A stretch of DNA of 64,000 nt, taken from positions 1 to 64,000 of the IMG/VR virus record IMGVR_UViG_3300003322_001323; one strand, 5' to 3'. Origin of the DNA: a virus. Numbering within the stretch: the stretch's first letter is position 1; the number at the start of each line of letters is the position of its first letter. The position numbers and the translations under genes were made by a program. The notes beneath the pieces were generated by a model, which was not told where the DNA came from, did not search any database, and was given only the letters and a program-made list of their open reading frames with translations. This document shows, one piece after another, positions 26,663-35,680 of the stretch.

Positions 26663-28163
26663 TTTCCACCTCCTCGCTCTCCAGCTCCGCCTCCAGGGAC
26701 CGCTTCACGGTGAAGGGCAGGAGCTCGGCCGGGAACTTGCGCACCTCCGGAACGGCATCCTTGCCCTTGAGCAACTTGAGGTTCCGGCGCTGCGTGGACA
26801 CGTCGGCCTTGCTCACGAGGCTCTCCGGCCAATGGTGCTTGACGATCGCCACCAGCTGGTCGATCGTGAAGCGGTCCAGCATGATGAGTTCCTGCAGGTA
26901 GCGCATGCGGCCCTGCTTGCGATCAGGCTCGGGGATCGGCGCACCCACCACCAGGTTCGCCACGGGCACCTCCACGCGGCGCCGGTTGCCCTCCCCCTGA
27001 CTTTTGGCTCGTGGCGCGCCCTCAAAGCGAGCGGCCGGAATGTGCTGAACCAGCTCACGGTCAGGGGGGAGCTCGTGAATGTGGGGGTGCCCGTCGGCCG
27101 GCGGCTCGCGCAGCTCCACGTGGAAGACGCTAGGCTGCGACGTCTTCTTGCCGTCGCGAATGGCGCCGGCCACAACGCCGCCGAGCCAGGAGCCGATCGG
27201 TGGGCAGACGCCGCGCGCGATGAGGGAGAAGGCGGCATTGGCGGTCGTGGCCATGAACTCGTAGTCCGGCGGGAAGCCGCAGAGCGCCGCGCCCTCGTTG
27301 ACGGTAATGAAGCGCTTTTCGGTGGGATGAATGAGGGCGTAGCCCACGAAGGCGTCGGCCGGCCGGTCCACCGGCAGGCGGCGATGGCCGAAGCTGGGCC
27401 GGCCGATGATCTGGCCCTGCGCGCCGCGCTGCCATTTTTCCTGCGGCACGAAGCGCTCCCAGTAGTCGCGCACCTTCTCGCCGGGCTCCATCTCGAAGTA
27501 GGTGTTGTTCAGCCACTTGGCGACGAGCGGCTCGATCTTCACCGTCCAATCCAGCCGGGTCGGCGTGACATCATTTAAACATTCCAGCGCGGTCCTGGGC
27601 GGAGCCCAGTTGGGCAGCGGCCACGCGATGGCGACCTTGGAGCAGATCATGAAGAAGCGCTTGCGCGACTGCGCCACCCCGTGCCACTTGGTGTCGTGCA
27701 GCACGTAGTAAACGTTGTAGCCCAGCGCCAGGGCGCGGCGCTCTAGCTCGCGCAGCACCTCCTGGCCCTTGCCGTAGGCCTGGGTCACGCTCTCGGTCGC
27801 CCAGACGGTGGGCTTGAGTTTTTCCAATAGCTCGAAGTGCCGCACGGTACACTGCACGCGGGGGTCGGTCCGCCACTTGTCGGCGCCGCGGGTCTTGGTG
27901 TAGCCGGCTACCGACCAGGCAGCGCACGGCGGGTTGCCGTAGATGAAGTCGAGCTCGGAGAACTCCGGATCGTCCACGGGCCATTCGGAGTTGGGATAGT
28001 GGATGGGCAGGTCCGGATAGTTGCGCTGGACCGTGGCCACGCCATAGTCGCTCTCCTCGAAGTGGGCGAGCACCTCAAAGTGCTCGCGCACCCCGATGGA
28101 GAAGCCGCCGGCAAAGACGTTGGCGGCGAGGGCGCGAAGGGGCTTGAGCTTTTTCTTGGTCAC
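26646..28163 (-). CDS. DNA cytosine-C5 methyltransferase with C-terminal accessory domain
   Basis: NVFAGGF, GNPPC, ESV (motif VI variant), QSRKRFF, LCGFP, RGVCP. Confidence 0.85.
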   Translation of the reverse strand: MTKKKLKPLRALAANVFAGGFSIGVREHFEVLAHFEESDYGVATVQRNYPDLPIHYPNSEWPVDDPEFSELDFIYGNPPCAAWSVAGYTKTRGADKWRTDPRVQCTVRHFELLEKLKPTVWATESVTQAYGKGQEVLRELERRALALGYNVYYVLHDTKWHGVAQSRKRFFMICSKVAIAWPLPNWAPPRTALECLNDVTPTRLDWTVKIEPLVAKWLNNTYFEMEPGEKVRDYWERFVPQEKWQRGAQGQIIGRPSFGHRRLPVDRPADAFVGYALIHPTEKRFITVNEGAALCGFPPDYEFMATTANAAFSLIARGVCPPIGSWLGGVVAGAIRDGKKTSQPSVFHVELREPPADGHPHIHELPPDRELVQHIPAARFEGAPRAKSQGEGNRRRVEVPVANLVVGAPIPEPDRKQGRMRYLQELIMLDRFTIDQLVAIVKHHWPESLVSKADVSTQRRNLKLLKGKDAVPEVRKFPAELLPFTVKRSLEAELESEEVESEAAE

Positions 28164-28181
28164 TAGATATTCCTTTGAGGG

Positions 28182-28550
28182 TTAGCGGCGACGGTAGAGG
28201 CCTTTGGCCGGTGAGGTGATAAGCTTGTAGGTGTTGTTCATGAGAGACATCTGCGGGCTGCAATTGCTCTCCTTAAAGTTATTTTCCTTCAAGAAGGTCT
28301 TGACCTGCTTGATGGTAATCTCGGTTCCGCTCGGCATCTGCTCCACCCAGGCTTTAACCGCTTCGGTGATCGGAGAACCGCGCAGTGGCGAGTTCCGCTT
28401 TTTGGCGGGCGCGCTCGCCGTTACGATCGGCCCGGTGCCAATGGTTTTTACCTCAAGGTTGCTAACCTCTTTGGTCAGCACCTCCAGGACGGTGGTAAGC
28501 CGATTTTGCGGAATGTCAAACGAAACGTGGAACATGCTTTGAACTTTCAT
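28182..28550 (-). CDS. Hypothetical protein, possible winged helix
   Basis: Basic; ends ...SPAKGLYRRR. Confidence 0.55.
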   Translation of the reverse strand: MKVQSMFHVSFDIPQNRLTTVLEVLTKEVSNLEVKTIGTGPIVTASAPAKKRNSPLRGSPITEAVKAWVEQMPSGTEITIKQVKTFLKENNFKESNCSPQMSLMNNTYKLITSPAKGLYRRR

Positions 28551-28582
28551 GGTGCTCTCATTTGGCTCTATGGTAGGTTATT

Positions 28583-28894
28583 TCATCTTAAAAAACGTCT
28601 GTCACCAACAAGAATGATGACGTCGCCGACTATCGTGGCGCGATCCAGGTGGAATGGCCCCTTGGTTCCAAGGTGCTCGCGCCAGAGTTGCGTGGCGTTG
28701 AGATTGCGCGGAAGGTTATGAAGTAGGCCTTCCTCGTTGCAATAGGCGATACAGGATTCGCCCTCGAACTTGTCCCAGTCCGGCACGCGCTCGATGTAGC
28801 CGCCCACCGCCTTCTGCAGGGTTTCCAGGCTGGGCTTATCGCTGGGAATGTCCAGCCGGCCGCCGCCGGCGCCCAGAAATACGACCTTGTTCAT
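28583..28894 (-). CDS. DUF3846-like protein
   Basis: LETLQKAVGGYIE, YCNEEG, NLNAT, IVGDV. Confidence 0.8.
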   Translation of the reverse strand: MNKVVFLGAGGGRLDIPSDKPSLETLQKAVGGYIERVPDWDKFEGESCIAYCNEEGLLHNLPRNLNATQLWREHLGTKGPFHLDRATIVGDVIILVGDRRFLR

Positions 28895-29589
28895 TTCTTC
28901 TTGCGCTCCGGCGCCGGTGCGGGCTTAATGGTGGTTGCCTTGAGCGCGGGCTTGGCCTCCTTCTCGGGCCACGCCGGCACGTCGGATCGACCGAACCTGT
29001 TTAAACGCTCCTCCGCCGTCATCTCGACGAGAATGTTGTAGTTGTACTTGACGTCGGATTTCTTGGTGGTGCGGCCGGGCCAGTGGCTCAGCACGATTTC
29101 CACCAGGCGCTCGGGCGTGTAGTTTCCGGTCATCCACAGCCGCTGCATGAGCTTGCCGGAGCCCTCGTTCTGGCCGGGCTTCTCGCCCTCACCCGGAACG
29201 TAGACCTTCTCGACCTTGGCGGCCTTCAAGCGCTCGCCGGCCTGCTCGCGGGCCAGCTTCTGCTCCGGGGTCAGCTCCGGCTCGGCCACCGGGAAGCCCA
29301 GCAGCTTCATTGCGAGCCGGTAGGTAGCAGAGTTGCGCTCGTACTCGCGCGCGGTCCGCTCCAGCCGCACCGCCATCTCCTGGTAGTTCCAGGCCGGCAG
29401 CAGCAGCTCCACCGGCTTGAGCCGGTCCCAGATGTCAATGGGGCTTCTGTCGTAGGCGCAGTCGGAGGGATTGAGCAGCGTCACCCACTTCTGGCCGCGC
29501 TCCACCACGAGCAGCCGGCGCTTGCCGGCCCCGAAGGTCGGAATCTCATCCTCTAGATGGACCTGCCAGTAGGTGATGTCGTCGGTCAT
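28891..29589 (-). CDS. Hypothetical protein with shared C-terminal 'V..H(W/Y)P..DV' domain
   Basis: C-terminus aligns by eye with the methyltransferase tail and 30180-30881. Confidence 0.7.
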   Translation of the reverse strand: MTDDITYWQVHLEDEIPTFGAGKRRLLVVERGQKWVTLLNPSDCAYDRSPIDIWDRLKPVELLLPAWNYQEMAVRLERTAREYERNSATYRLAMKLLGFPVAEPELTPEQKLAREQAGERLKAAKVEKVYVPGEGEKPGQNEGSGKLMQRLWMTGNYTPERLVEIVLSHWPGRTTKKSDVKYNYNILVEMTAEERLNRFGRSDVPAWPEKEAKPALKATTIKPAPAPERKKK

Positions 29590-29665
29590 ATCGGATGCCC
29601 GGTAAGAAGAAAATAGAGGAGGATGGCGGCTGCGGCCATGATGCCGAGCGCGAAGGATTCTGAGC

Positions 29666-29983
29666 TCATTGATCGCGCCCCTGGTTGAAATAGGCCTCAA
29701 CCTGCTCGTTGCTTTGACCGCGAAACAGATTTTCATTCACGACAGACCAGCCGAAGGAGGACCAGCGCCCTTCGGTAGGCCGCGCGCCCACCTCGTTGCA
29801 GCTCAGAGTTATTACCCGCATCCGCCGTATCCAGGCGCGCTGCTCCATTTCCGTGAGTGAGCGAATGCTCAGCGACAGCTTCTCCGCGCTGGCGCTATCG
29901 CTGGGCCAGCTGCCGTCATAACGAAGCATATCCATCGGGAAGTCGCTGCGCCCGATGACGCGATATTGCATGATTTTGCTCAC
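29666..29983 (-). CDS. Hypothetical phage protein
   Basis: FPMDMLRYDGSWP...PTEGRWSSFGW. Confidence 0.75.
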   Translation of the reverse strand: MSKIMQYRVIGRSDFPMDMLRYDGSWPSDSASAEKLSLSIRSLTEMEQRAWIRRMRVITLSCNEVGARPTEGRWSSFGWSVVNENLFRGQSNEQVEAYFNQGRDQ

Positions 29984-30179
29984 GATTTACCTCCCGTAGA
30001 AGAACAGGAAGCCAATGCCGAGGGCCACGATCGCGCCTCCATAGACGGCAAGGGCCATGAGCTGCGGGACTAATCCCGTAATGGTATGTTCAAGCATCGT
30101 CACCTCTCCTTGGGCTCGGGTGGACCCGCGACCTCCCCTCCGGGCGATCGCGGGCCCACGCCGAACTCACCGAGCGGGG

Positions 30180-30881
30180 TTACTCGGCGGCGGCGGGCAG
30201 CTTCTTGCCGGCGTTCCGCAGCTTCTGGCGGTTCCAGCTGACGTCGCTGGCCTTGGCCTTGCTGTCCGGATAATGCTTTTTCACCAGTTCCAGGATGGAC
30301 TCGGTGGTAGCGCTCTTGCCGCCGCGCATCAGGAGCGAGCGGATATAGCAGCCGTTGGTCATGTTGGCCTTCGGCGCCGTGGAGCTCAGCTCCTCGAACA
30401 GCGGGGCGGTCGCGCGCGGCTTGCGCTCGCCGGTCTTCTTGGCCGCCTTCTTCGCGGCCTTCTTCACTGCAGACTTCTTCTTCGTGGCCATCTGGCCCTC
30501 CATTGGTTGATCCGTCCCCTCCGAGGGGTCGGCGTTGGTGGCGGCCTGGGTGTTATCCTTCTCATCGCCGGCCGTCGGCTGCGGGTTGAAGGGTTCCTCG
30601 GGTTGCTTCCCGTACTTCGCTTCCAGCGCGGCGAACACCCGGCGCTGGCCATCAGCTTTGGTGGCGAACTTTGAGACATGCTTGGCCTCATCGTCCGTCA
30701 GGCGGTTGAACAGCACCGCCAGGTTGGGGCCTGAATATGGCAGGTCCTCCGCTGCAATTACCACGACGTTGGTCTCTTTGCCAGAGCCGGCCAAATATTG
30801 ATTTGCGGCCGGAACGTGCGGATGGGTGGTGATGCTCAGCTCCTTGAACAAGGCGCTGTGCGCAAGCGCAAATACTGTCAT
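30180..30881 (-). CDS. Early DNA-binding-like protein (KKAAKK tract plus shared C-terminal domain)
   Basis: AGGAG RBS; histone-H1-like linker. Confidence 0.7.
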   Translation of the reverse strand: MTVFALAHSALFKELSITTHPHVPAANQYLAGSGKETNVVVIAAEDLPYSGPNLAVLFNRLTDDEAKHVSKFATKADGQRRVFAALEAKYGKQPEEPFNPQPTAGDEKDNTQAATNADPSEGTDQPMEGQMATKKKSAVKKAAKKAAKKTGERKPRATAPLFEELSSTAPKANMTNGCYIRSLLMRGGKSATTESILELVKKHYPDSKAKASDVSWNRQKLRNAGKKLPAAAE

Positions 30882-31013
30882 TTCATTCTCTCTCCTTGGC
30901 TCTGTTGCTACCTTAAACGTCCGCGTGGACATCTGAGGTAGCAAGCCCGGCCGGTCGGTTCGGGGCTGGGGGGCTTGTTGACCGCCGACCGGGCTCGCCT
31001 CAAGGGTCTCCCC

Positions 31014-31430
31014 TTAAGCCGCGTTCTTCAAATCCGTCGCCTTGCGAATGCGCTCCACCACGTCCGTGGTATAGAGCATAATCTTTCCCGTCGCGACGTT
31101 GCGCATCTTGATGGGATACTTCTTGCGGTTCATGGCGAAACCCGCAACCTCATATGGCACCCCGCTCAAAAGCACCCTAGTCCCAAAATCAATCCCCCGC
31201 AGGCCGAACAGCTGCGCATAGGCGCTGAACTCCCGCTTGTCGTTCTGCTCCAGCACCGAGGTGTCCGCCACCTTCATCTCCAGGGTGAACTTCGCGCTGA
31301 CGTCGCCGAAGTTGCCGTTGCCGACGCGGAACGATATTCCATATTTGTCGCCCAGCTCCTTGAGGGCCTCCTCAATCGGGGAACGAAGCCCCTTGAGGGC
31401 GTCCTTGTTGAACTTCATGATCTTTGGCAT
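31014..31430 (-). CDS. Hypothetical early protein
   Basis: AGGAGG RBS; first gene downstream of promoter copy 2. Confidence 0.7.
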   Translation of the reverse strand: MPKIMKFNKDALKGLRSPIEEALKELGDKYGISFRVGNGNFGDVSAKFTLEMKVADTSVLEQNDKREFSAYAQLFGLRGIDFGTRVLLSGVPYEVAGFAMNRKKYPIKMRNVATGKIMLYTTDVVERIRKATDLKNAA

Positions 31431-31613
31431 TTAAGCCTCCTGGTTGGGTTCTGCGCCGATCCGGTGCGGCCTTGGGGTTCATTGCCGCGCCGAAGCACTG
31501 CTATCCCAAGGCCCACCTTCCGTAACCTCCCTATGACCTCTCCCTCCATCATCGGCAACCTTTAAGGCCGCCAGTTAGGAGTGTGAGCCGGTGCAGGGCC
31601 GATCACTGATGAT

Positions 31614-31647
31614 GACTAGACCATGGCTCTGAACATTTGTAAACCCC
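31614..31647 (-). promoter_or_regulatory. Putative early promoter, copy 2
   Basis: Minus strand GGGGTTTACAAATGTTCAGAGCCATGGTCTAGTC, with an AT-rich stretch upstream. Confidence 0.65.
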
Positions 31648-31684
31648 CTTCCACCACTTTTTTCAAAAATTTTGGCCATTGATT

Positions 31685-33148
31685 TTAAAGGGGAAATCCG
31701 TAGGCCGTCTTCGGGGCGGCCAGATAGAGGACCTCCGAGGCCCGCGTTAGGCCGACGTAGAACACCCGGTGCTCGCTGTCCGGGTCCAGCCGGTAGCCCC
31801 GCTGGGTCCGGTAGGTAAGGTCCGTGGCGAGCAGGACGTTCTGGGCCTCGGCGCCCTTGGCCCCGTGAATGGTCTCGATCCGCACGCGCGGCTCGTCGTC
31901 CAGCCGCTCGCCGCGGCGCCGGCAGGCCAGGTAATACTCGCGATCGTCGAGGGGCAGCCGAATGAGCGCGTCGTGCCAGATGGGTGAGCAGTCCATGCCC
32001 AGCTCGGTTGCCGTGTAGGTGCTCGCCTCCTTGAGCTCGCGCGACACGCCGCAGAATCGCAGCACCTCGGAAACGTCGCTCGCCTCCACGCGCTTTCCGG
32101 CCCGCAACGCCTCGTAGGCCTTGATCGCAATGAGATGCGCCGGCTTCACGCTCGGCTCGCCCTTCAGCCGGTATGCCACCCCCTGCTCGCGCGCTAGCTG
32201 GGCAAAGGGTGCCAACTGGGCTCGGGTGCGAGCGAGCAACAGCCACTTCCCCGAGTGCAGGTCCACCTCCTCCGGCCGGTTGATCCACTCCACGCGACCC
32301 GCGCGATCCTGGCTGCGCCATTCCTTGGCGTAGCGATGCTCAATTCGGGAAGCCACCGATTCCGCCAGCTCGAAAATCGATTTTGGCAGGCGGTGGGACA
32401 GGGGGAGAACGCGGCGCTGGAACGGCAGGTTGAGGAAGTGCTCCTCCGCGGCGCCGGCCCAGCGATGAATGGATTGCAGGTCATCACCGGCGTAGTAGAC
32501 GTCCTCGGCGTCGGCGAAGGCCTTGCGCGCCACGTCGTATTGCGCCAGCGTGAAGTCCTGGGCCTCGTCGAGAATGGCGAGCTTCACCGGCGCGGGCGGA
32601 ACGTGCGCGTGCGTATAGTTCGTGAGCATGTCGGTGAAGTCCATTAAGTTCCAGTCGCGCTTGTAGGAACGATAGGCATCAGAGAAGCGCTTCAAGCGAT
32701 ACCAGTCCACATCGCCGCCGTGATCGCGCCAGGCTCCCTCCAGGCCGCGCTTGGTGGTGCGCGCCAGGTGATCGATGGTTAGCAGCTCATCGGCGTTGCG
32801 GCGCATGGCCGGTGAGTCCAGCATCGGGTTGAGGTCGTTGATGAGCTCGCCCGTAGCCGCCGACAGCTCTCCGAGATGCTCCTCGCTTAGAACATCTCGG
32901 GAAGTTAGCCCGAGCTCGCGGAACGCCAAGCTGTGGAGCGTGCGGAAGTATGGCAGCTCCTTCTCGCTGAGGTTAAAGCGCTTGGTGGCGCGGTCTTTGG
33001 CCTCCTGGACGGCTGCGCGGGTGAAGGAGACAAACGCGATTGAGGATGGCGACAGGCCCTCCTCCATGGCCCGCTCCATTATTCCTAGCAGCTCGGTAGT
33101 CTTGCCCGCGCCGGGCCCACCCAGGATGAGGGTCTGGTTCTGGCTCAT
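31685..33148 (-). CDS. UvrD-like SF1 helicase (second copy)
   Basis: GGPGAGKTT, LDEAQD, GDDLQSI, TIHGAKGAEA, YVGLTRA. Confidence 0.92.
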   Translation of the reverse strand: MSQNQTLILGGPGAGKTTELLGIMERAMEEGLSPSSIAFVSFTRAAVQEAKDRATKRFNLSEKELPYFRTLHSLAFRELGLTSRDVLSEEHLGELSAATGELINDLNPMLDSPAMRRNADELLTIDHLARTTKRGLEGAWRDHGGDVDWYRLKRFSDAYRSYKRDWNLMDFTDMLTNYTHAHVPPAPVKLAILDEAQDFTLAQYDVARKAFADAEDVYYAGDDLQSIHRWAGAAEEHFLNLPFQRRVLPLSHRLPKSIFELAESVASRIEHRYAKEWRSQDRAGRVEWINRPEEVDLHSGKWLLLARTRAQLAPFAQLAREQGVAYRLKGEPSVKPAHLIAIKAYEALRAGKRVEASDVSEVLRFCGVSRELKEASTYTATELGMDCSPIWHDALIRLPLDDREYYLACRRRGERLDDEPRVRIETIHGAKGAEAQNVLLATDLTYRTQRGYRLDPDSEHRVFYVGLTRASEVLYLAAPKTAYGFPL

Positions 33149-33723
33149 CTTAGCAACGTCAGCGCGGCCTCGGTGGCCAGCATTACCTCGTCGCGGGTGG
33201 CCGGCCGCGGCCGCGTTGAGGTCCATTTGTGATGGTCTATCTGCCAGAAGACCCGCGTCGTGTAGCTCTCGATCGGTGGCGTGCGGTCGTTGAGGGTGAC
33301 GGTGCCGCGAACCGCCTCGGTTTCGTGCACCTCGTTTAGGAGCTGGGAGTATTTCATGCCGGAGTCGTAGCTCTCCAGGCCCTTGCAGGCCAGCTGGCAG
33401 GTAAGCTCGCCGCTCGCGTCCGCGCCGTCGGGCCCGGTCTTGATGCGCTTATAGAAGTGGGTGGGATAGGAGCTGTCGTCGTCGCAGGCGTAGCGCCGGT
33501 TGCGAATGCGGCCAACGAGCACGTGGCTGGTGAAGCTCCACGGGTGGTCGTGAATCAGCGAGACCTCGGGCGCGCGCAGCCGGTCGTCCCAGACGTTGAG
33601 ACGCCAGCGCTGCTCGGGGTCTAGGTAGGTTCGGATCATGCCGAAGCCCTGTACCGTCCAGTCGCGGTCCATGGGCCGATAGAGGATGGGCTTGAGAAAG
33701 GCCTGCGCGATGGCGAGGTTCAT
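33145..33723 (-). CDS. Cupin/DSBH-like protein
   Basis: IHDHPWSFTSHVLVG plus a distal VH. Confidence 0.55.
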   Translation of the reverse strand: MNLAIAQAFLKPILYRPMDRDWTVQGFGMIRTYLDPEQRWRLNVWDDRLRAPEVSLIHDHPWSFTSHVLVGRIRNRRYACDDDSSYPTHFYKRIKTGPDGADASGELTCQLACKGLESYDSGMKYSQLLNEVHETEAVRGTVTLNDRTPPIESYTTRVFWQIDHHKWTSTRPRPATRDEVMLATEAALTLLR

Positions 33724-34172
33724 GCGGTTTTCCTCTTGTATAGAACGGCGTTCCCGCGCTCGGTGTTGACCTTGACGGTTACCGGCTCCAGGTGAAAGGG
33801 GTTGCAGCAGTCGCGCCACCGGCAGCCGCGCGCCTTAACGTGGTCCAGCACGTCGGCGTCGCCGAGCGGTGGCAGACTGAGAGACTCCTCCAGTAGCTTG
33901 TACACCACGCGATGGACCTGGCGGTGACGGCCGCAAACGCTCATCTTGGCAAAGCCGTTGTCGCTGTTCCAGCCAACCACGCGCCAGCAACTTCCATCCT
34001 TAAATATGCGATCAATAATGCGCGCGGGCAGCTGTGGATCGCAGGCGCAATAGGTGTTTGGAACTGCCGAGAGTATTCTGAAAACGGCAAGCGTAACGGC
34101 CGATAAGTTCTTTTGTGGCTCGGCCCGCAGCGCCGCCAGCTCGGCCGCGGTGATGGGTTTAATGGTTCGCAT
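33720..34172 (-). CDS. HNH endonuclease
   Basis: CW, HRVVY, LDH...CCNPFHLEPVTVKVN. Confidence 0.85.
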   Translation of the reverse strand: MRTIKPITAAELAALRAEPQKNLSAVTLAVFRILSAVPNTYCACDPQLPARIIDRIFKDGSCWRVVGWNSDNGFAKMSVCGRHRQVHRVVYKLLEESLSLPPLGDADVLDHVKARGCRWRDCCNPFHLEPVTVKVNTERGNAVLYKRKTA

Positions 34173-34334
34173 TTGCACCCCGCTTCGCTACTTCCCGGTC
34201 GTGCTCGGCCAGGGCCTCGCGCGCCTCCTTGAGCGCCGGAGCCGCCACCGAAAAGACGTAGCGGGTGCCGAGCTGAGTCACGCTCACCTCGGTGGACGCA
34301 CCCAGCAGCCGGCGCAGCGCCTCAGCGATCCGGC

Positions 34335-34862
34335 TCATAAATGCCGCTGTGCGCTGGTAAGGCGCTGCTGCAGATCATTATGTAACTCGCTCATTTTTTC
34401 TATAATTGCCTCGGCTTCCGTCTTGCGGTAGCGAATGCGGTCGGTGATCTTTTGCAGGGCCAGGTTGAGGTCCTTGATGTGGTAGATGCCCTCGGCGTGC
34501 TGCCACTCCTTGTAGCCCTCGTTCTCGCCCACCAGGTAGATGGGCTTGCGGTGCGCCCAGGCGTTGCCGATTTCGAAGATGGAGGTATTGAGCTGGTCCT
34601 CCTTCTCGGCGTAGCACAGCACCACGTCCGAGCGCACCATGTCGTCGTTGTTATCCTGCATCCAGAACCGCGCCGGGCGGGCCTGCTCGGCGGCGATGTC
34701 GCGCACGATCGGCCAACGCGCGGTAAAGTAGAGCTTATCCCAGCTTCCCCGCAGGTCCAGCAGCTTGGCCGCATGAATGCGCTTGCTGGTGACGTAGACC
34801 GAGACGAACTTTCCCGGCGGATAGTTGAGCTGGTTCGTGGGTTGAATGGTAGTGCTACTCAT
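34335..34862 (-). CDS. Nucleoside 2-deoxyribosyltransferase-like N-glycosidase
   Basis: DMVRSDVVL...SIFEIGNAWAHRKPIYLVG. Confidence 0.7.
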   Translation of the reverse strand: MSSTTIQPTNQLNYPPGKFVSVYVTSKRIHAAKLLDLRGSWDKLYFTARWPIVRDIAAEQARPARFWMQDNNDDMVRSDVVLCYAEKEDQLNTSIFEIGNAWAHRKPIYLVGENEGYKEWQHAEGIYHIKDLNLALQKITDRIRYRKTEAEAIIEKMSELHNDLQQRLTSAQRHL

Positions 34863-35265
34863 GATATAAACCCTCCTTGATGGAATGTTGAAGTCGGCGC
34901 GCCTCCGAGAGAAGCTGCTCCAGGTTGGCGACAAGTTCGTCGATGGGTGAGCCGGTCGTGCCGTAGCGCTCGTTGGCCGGCATCAGCACATAGCCCTTGC
35001 CCCACTCGGTTTGGATGGCCTTCCGACCCAGGCCAGCGCGCAGCTTGTTCACCACAATGCGCACCGCGTTGATGGAGCTGGCGCCCGTTAATCTCTGCAA
35101 GTGCTCCGGTAAGGCAAAACGCTTCCAGCTGTTGCCATGCTTCAACCGAAGCTCCATAAGTTCGCGCAGCACGAGCGCCTCCTCGCGCTGCAGGCGCACG
35201 CGGCGCGGCGACAGCACCAGGGTACCCCGCAGCTCCCAGCCGCTCCATACCAGCCGCTCGCTCAC
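34855..35265 (-). CDS. OmpR-type winged-helix protein without receiver domain
   Basis: VRIVVNKLRAGLG...IQTEWGKGYVL. Confidence 0.75.
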   Translation of the reverse strand: MSERLVWSGWELRGTLVLSPRRVRLQREEALVLRELMELRLKHGNSWKRFALPEHLQRLTGASSINAVRIVVNKLRAGLGRKAIQTEWGKGYVLMPANERYGTTGSPIDELVANLEQLLSEARRLQHSIKEGLYHE

Positions 35266-35669
35266 ATCGAGCTCCGGGCCGGCAGCACGGCCGGCGGATC
35301 AAAGGGCAGCGCGTAGTAGCCCTTGCCCCACAGTGTGGCAATGAATTTATCGTGCCCATAGGTACGCCGCAACTTGGTGCGCAGCTTGGACACGTAAACG
35401 TCCACCGTTTTTATCTCTGGCCAGTCAGCCTCCGCCTTGTCGTGGCAGATGGCGGCGTAGAGCCCGCCATCCTTCTTCACCAGGCGGCCCTCCGCCCGCA
35501 GCAGGGCTCCCACCACCGCGCCCTCGTGGTTGGTCAACGTGATGCTGAGCCCGCCGGCCAGCAGCACGCACAGCTCCTCGTCGTAAACCCAGCCTCCCCA
35601 ATCCAGCAGGCGGGGCATATCCAGATTTCCATTGCAGTGTGGACAAAACCGCAGCACTTGTCCCGTCAT
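35262..35669 (-). CDS. CtrA-like winged-helix protein without receiver domain, N-terminal CPHC
   Basis: PEIKTVDVYVSKLRTKL...FIATLWGKGY. Confidence 0.8.
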   Translation of the reverse strand: MTGQVLRFCPHCNGNLDMPRLLDWGGWVYDEELCVLLAGGLSITLTNHEGAVVGALLRAEGRLVKKDGGLYAAICHDKAEADWPEIKTVDVYVSKLRTKLRRTYGHDKFIATLWGKGYYALPFDPPAVLPARSSM

Positions 35670-35680
35670 CTTCCAGCTCC

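Noticed and set aside
33720-34172. HNH gene as part of an intron or intein
   Set aside because: Flanking genes are intact and coupled; it appears free-standing.
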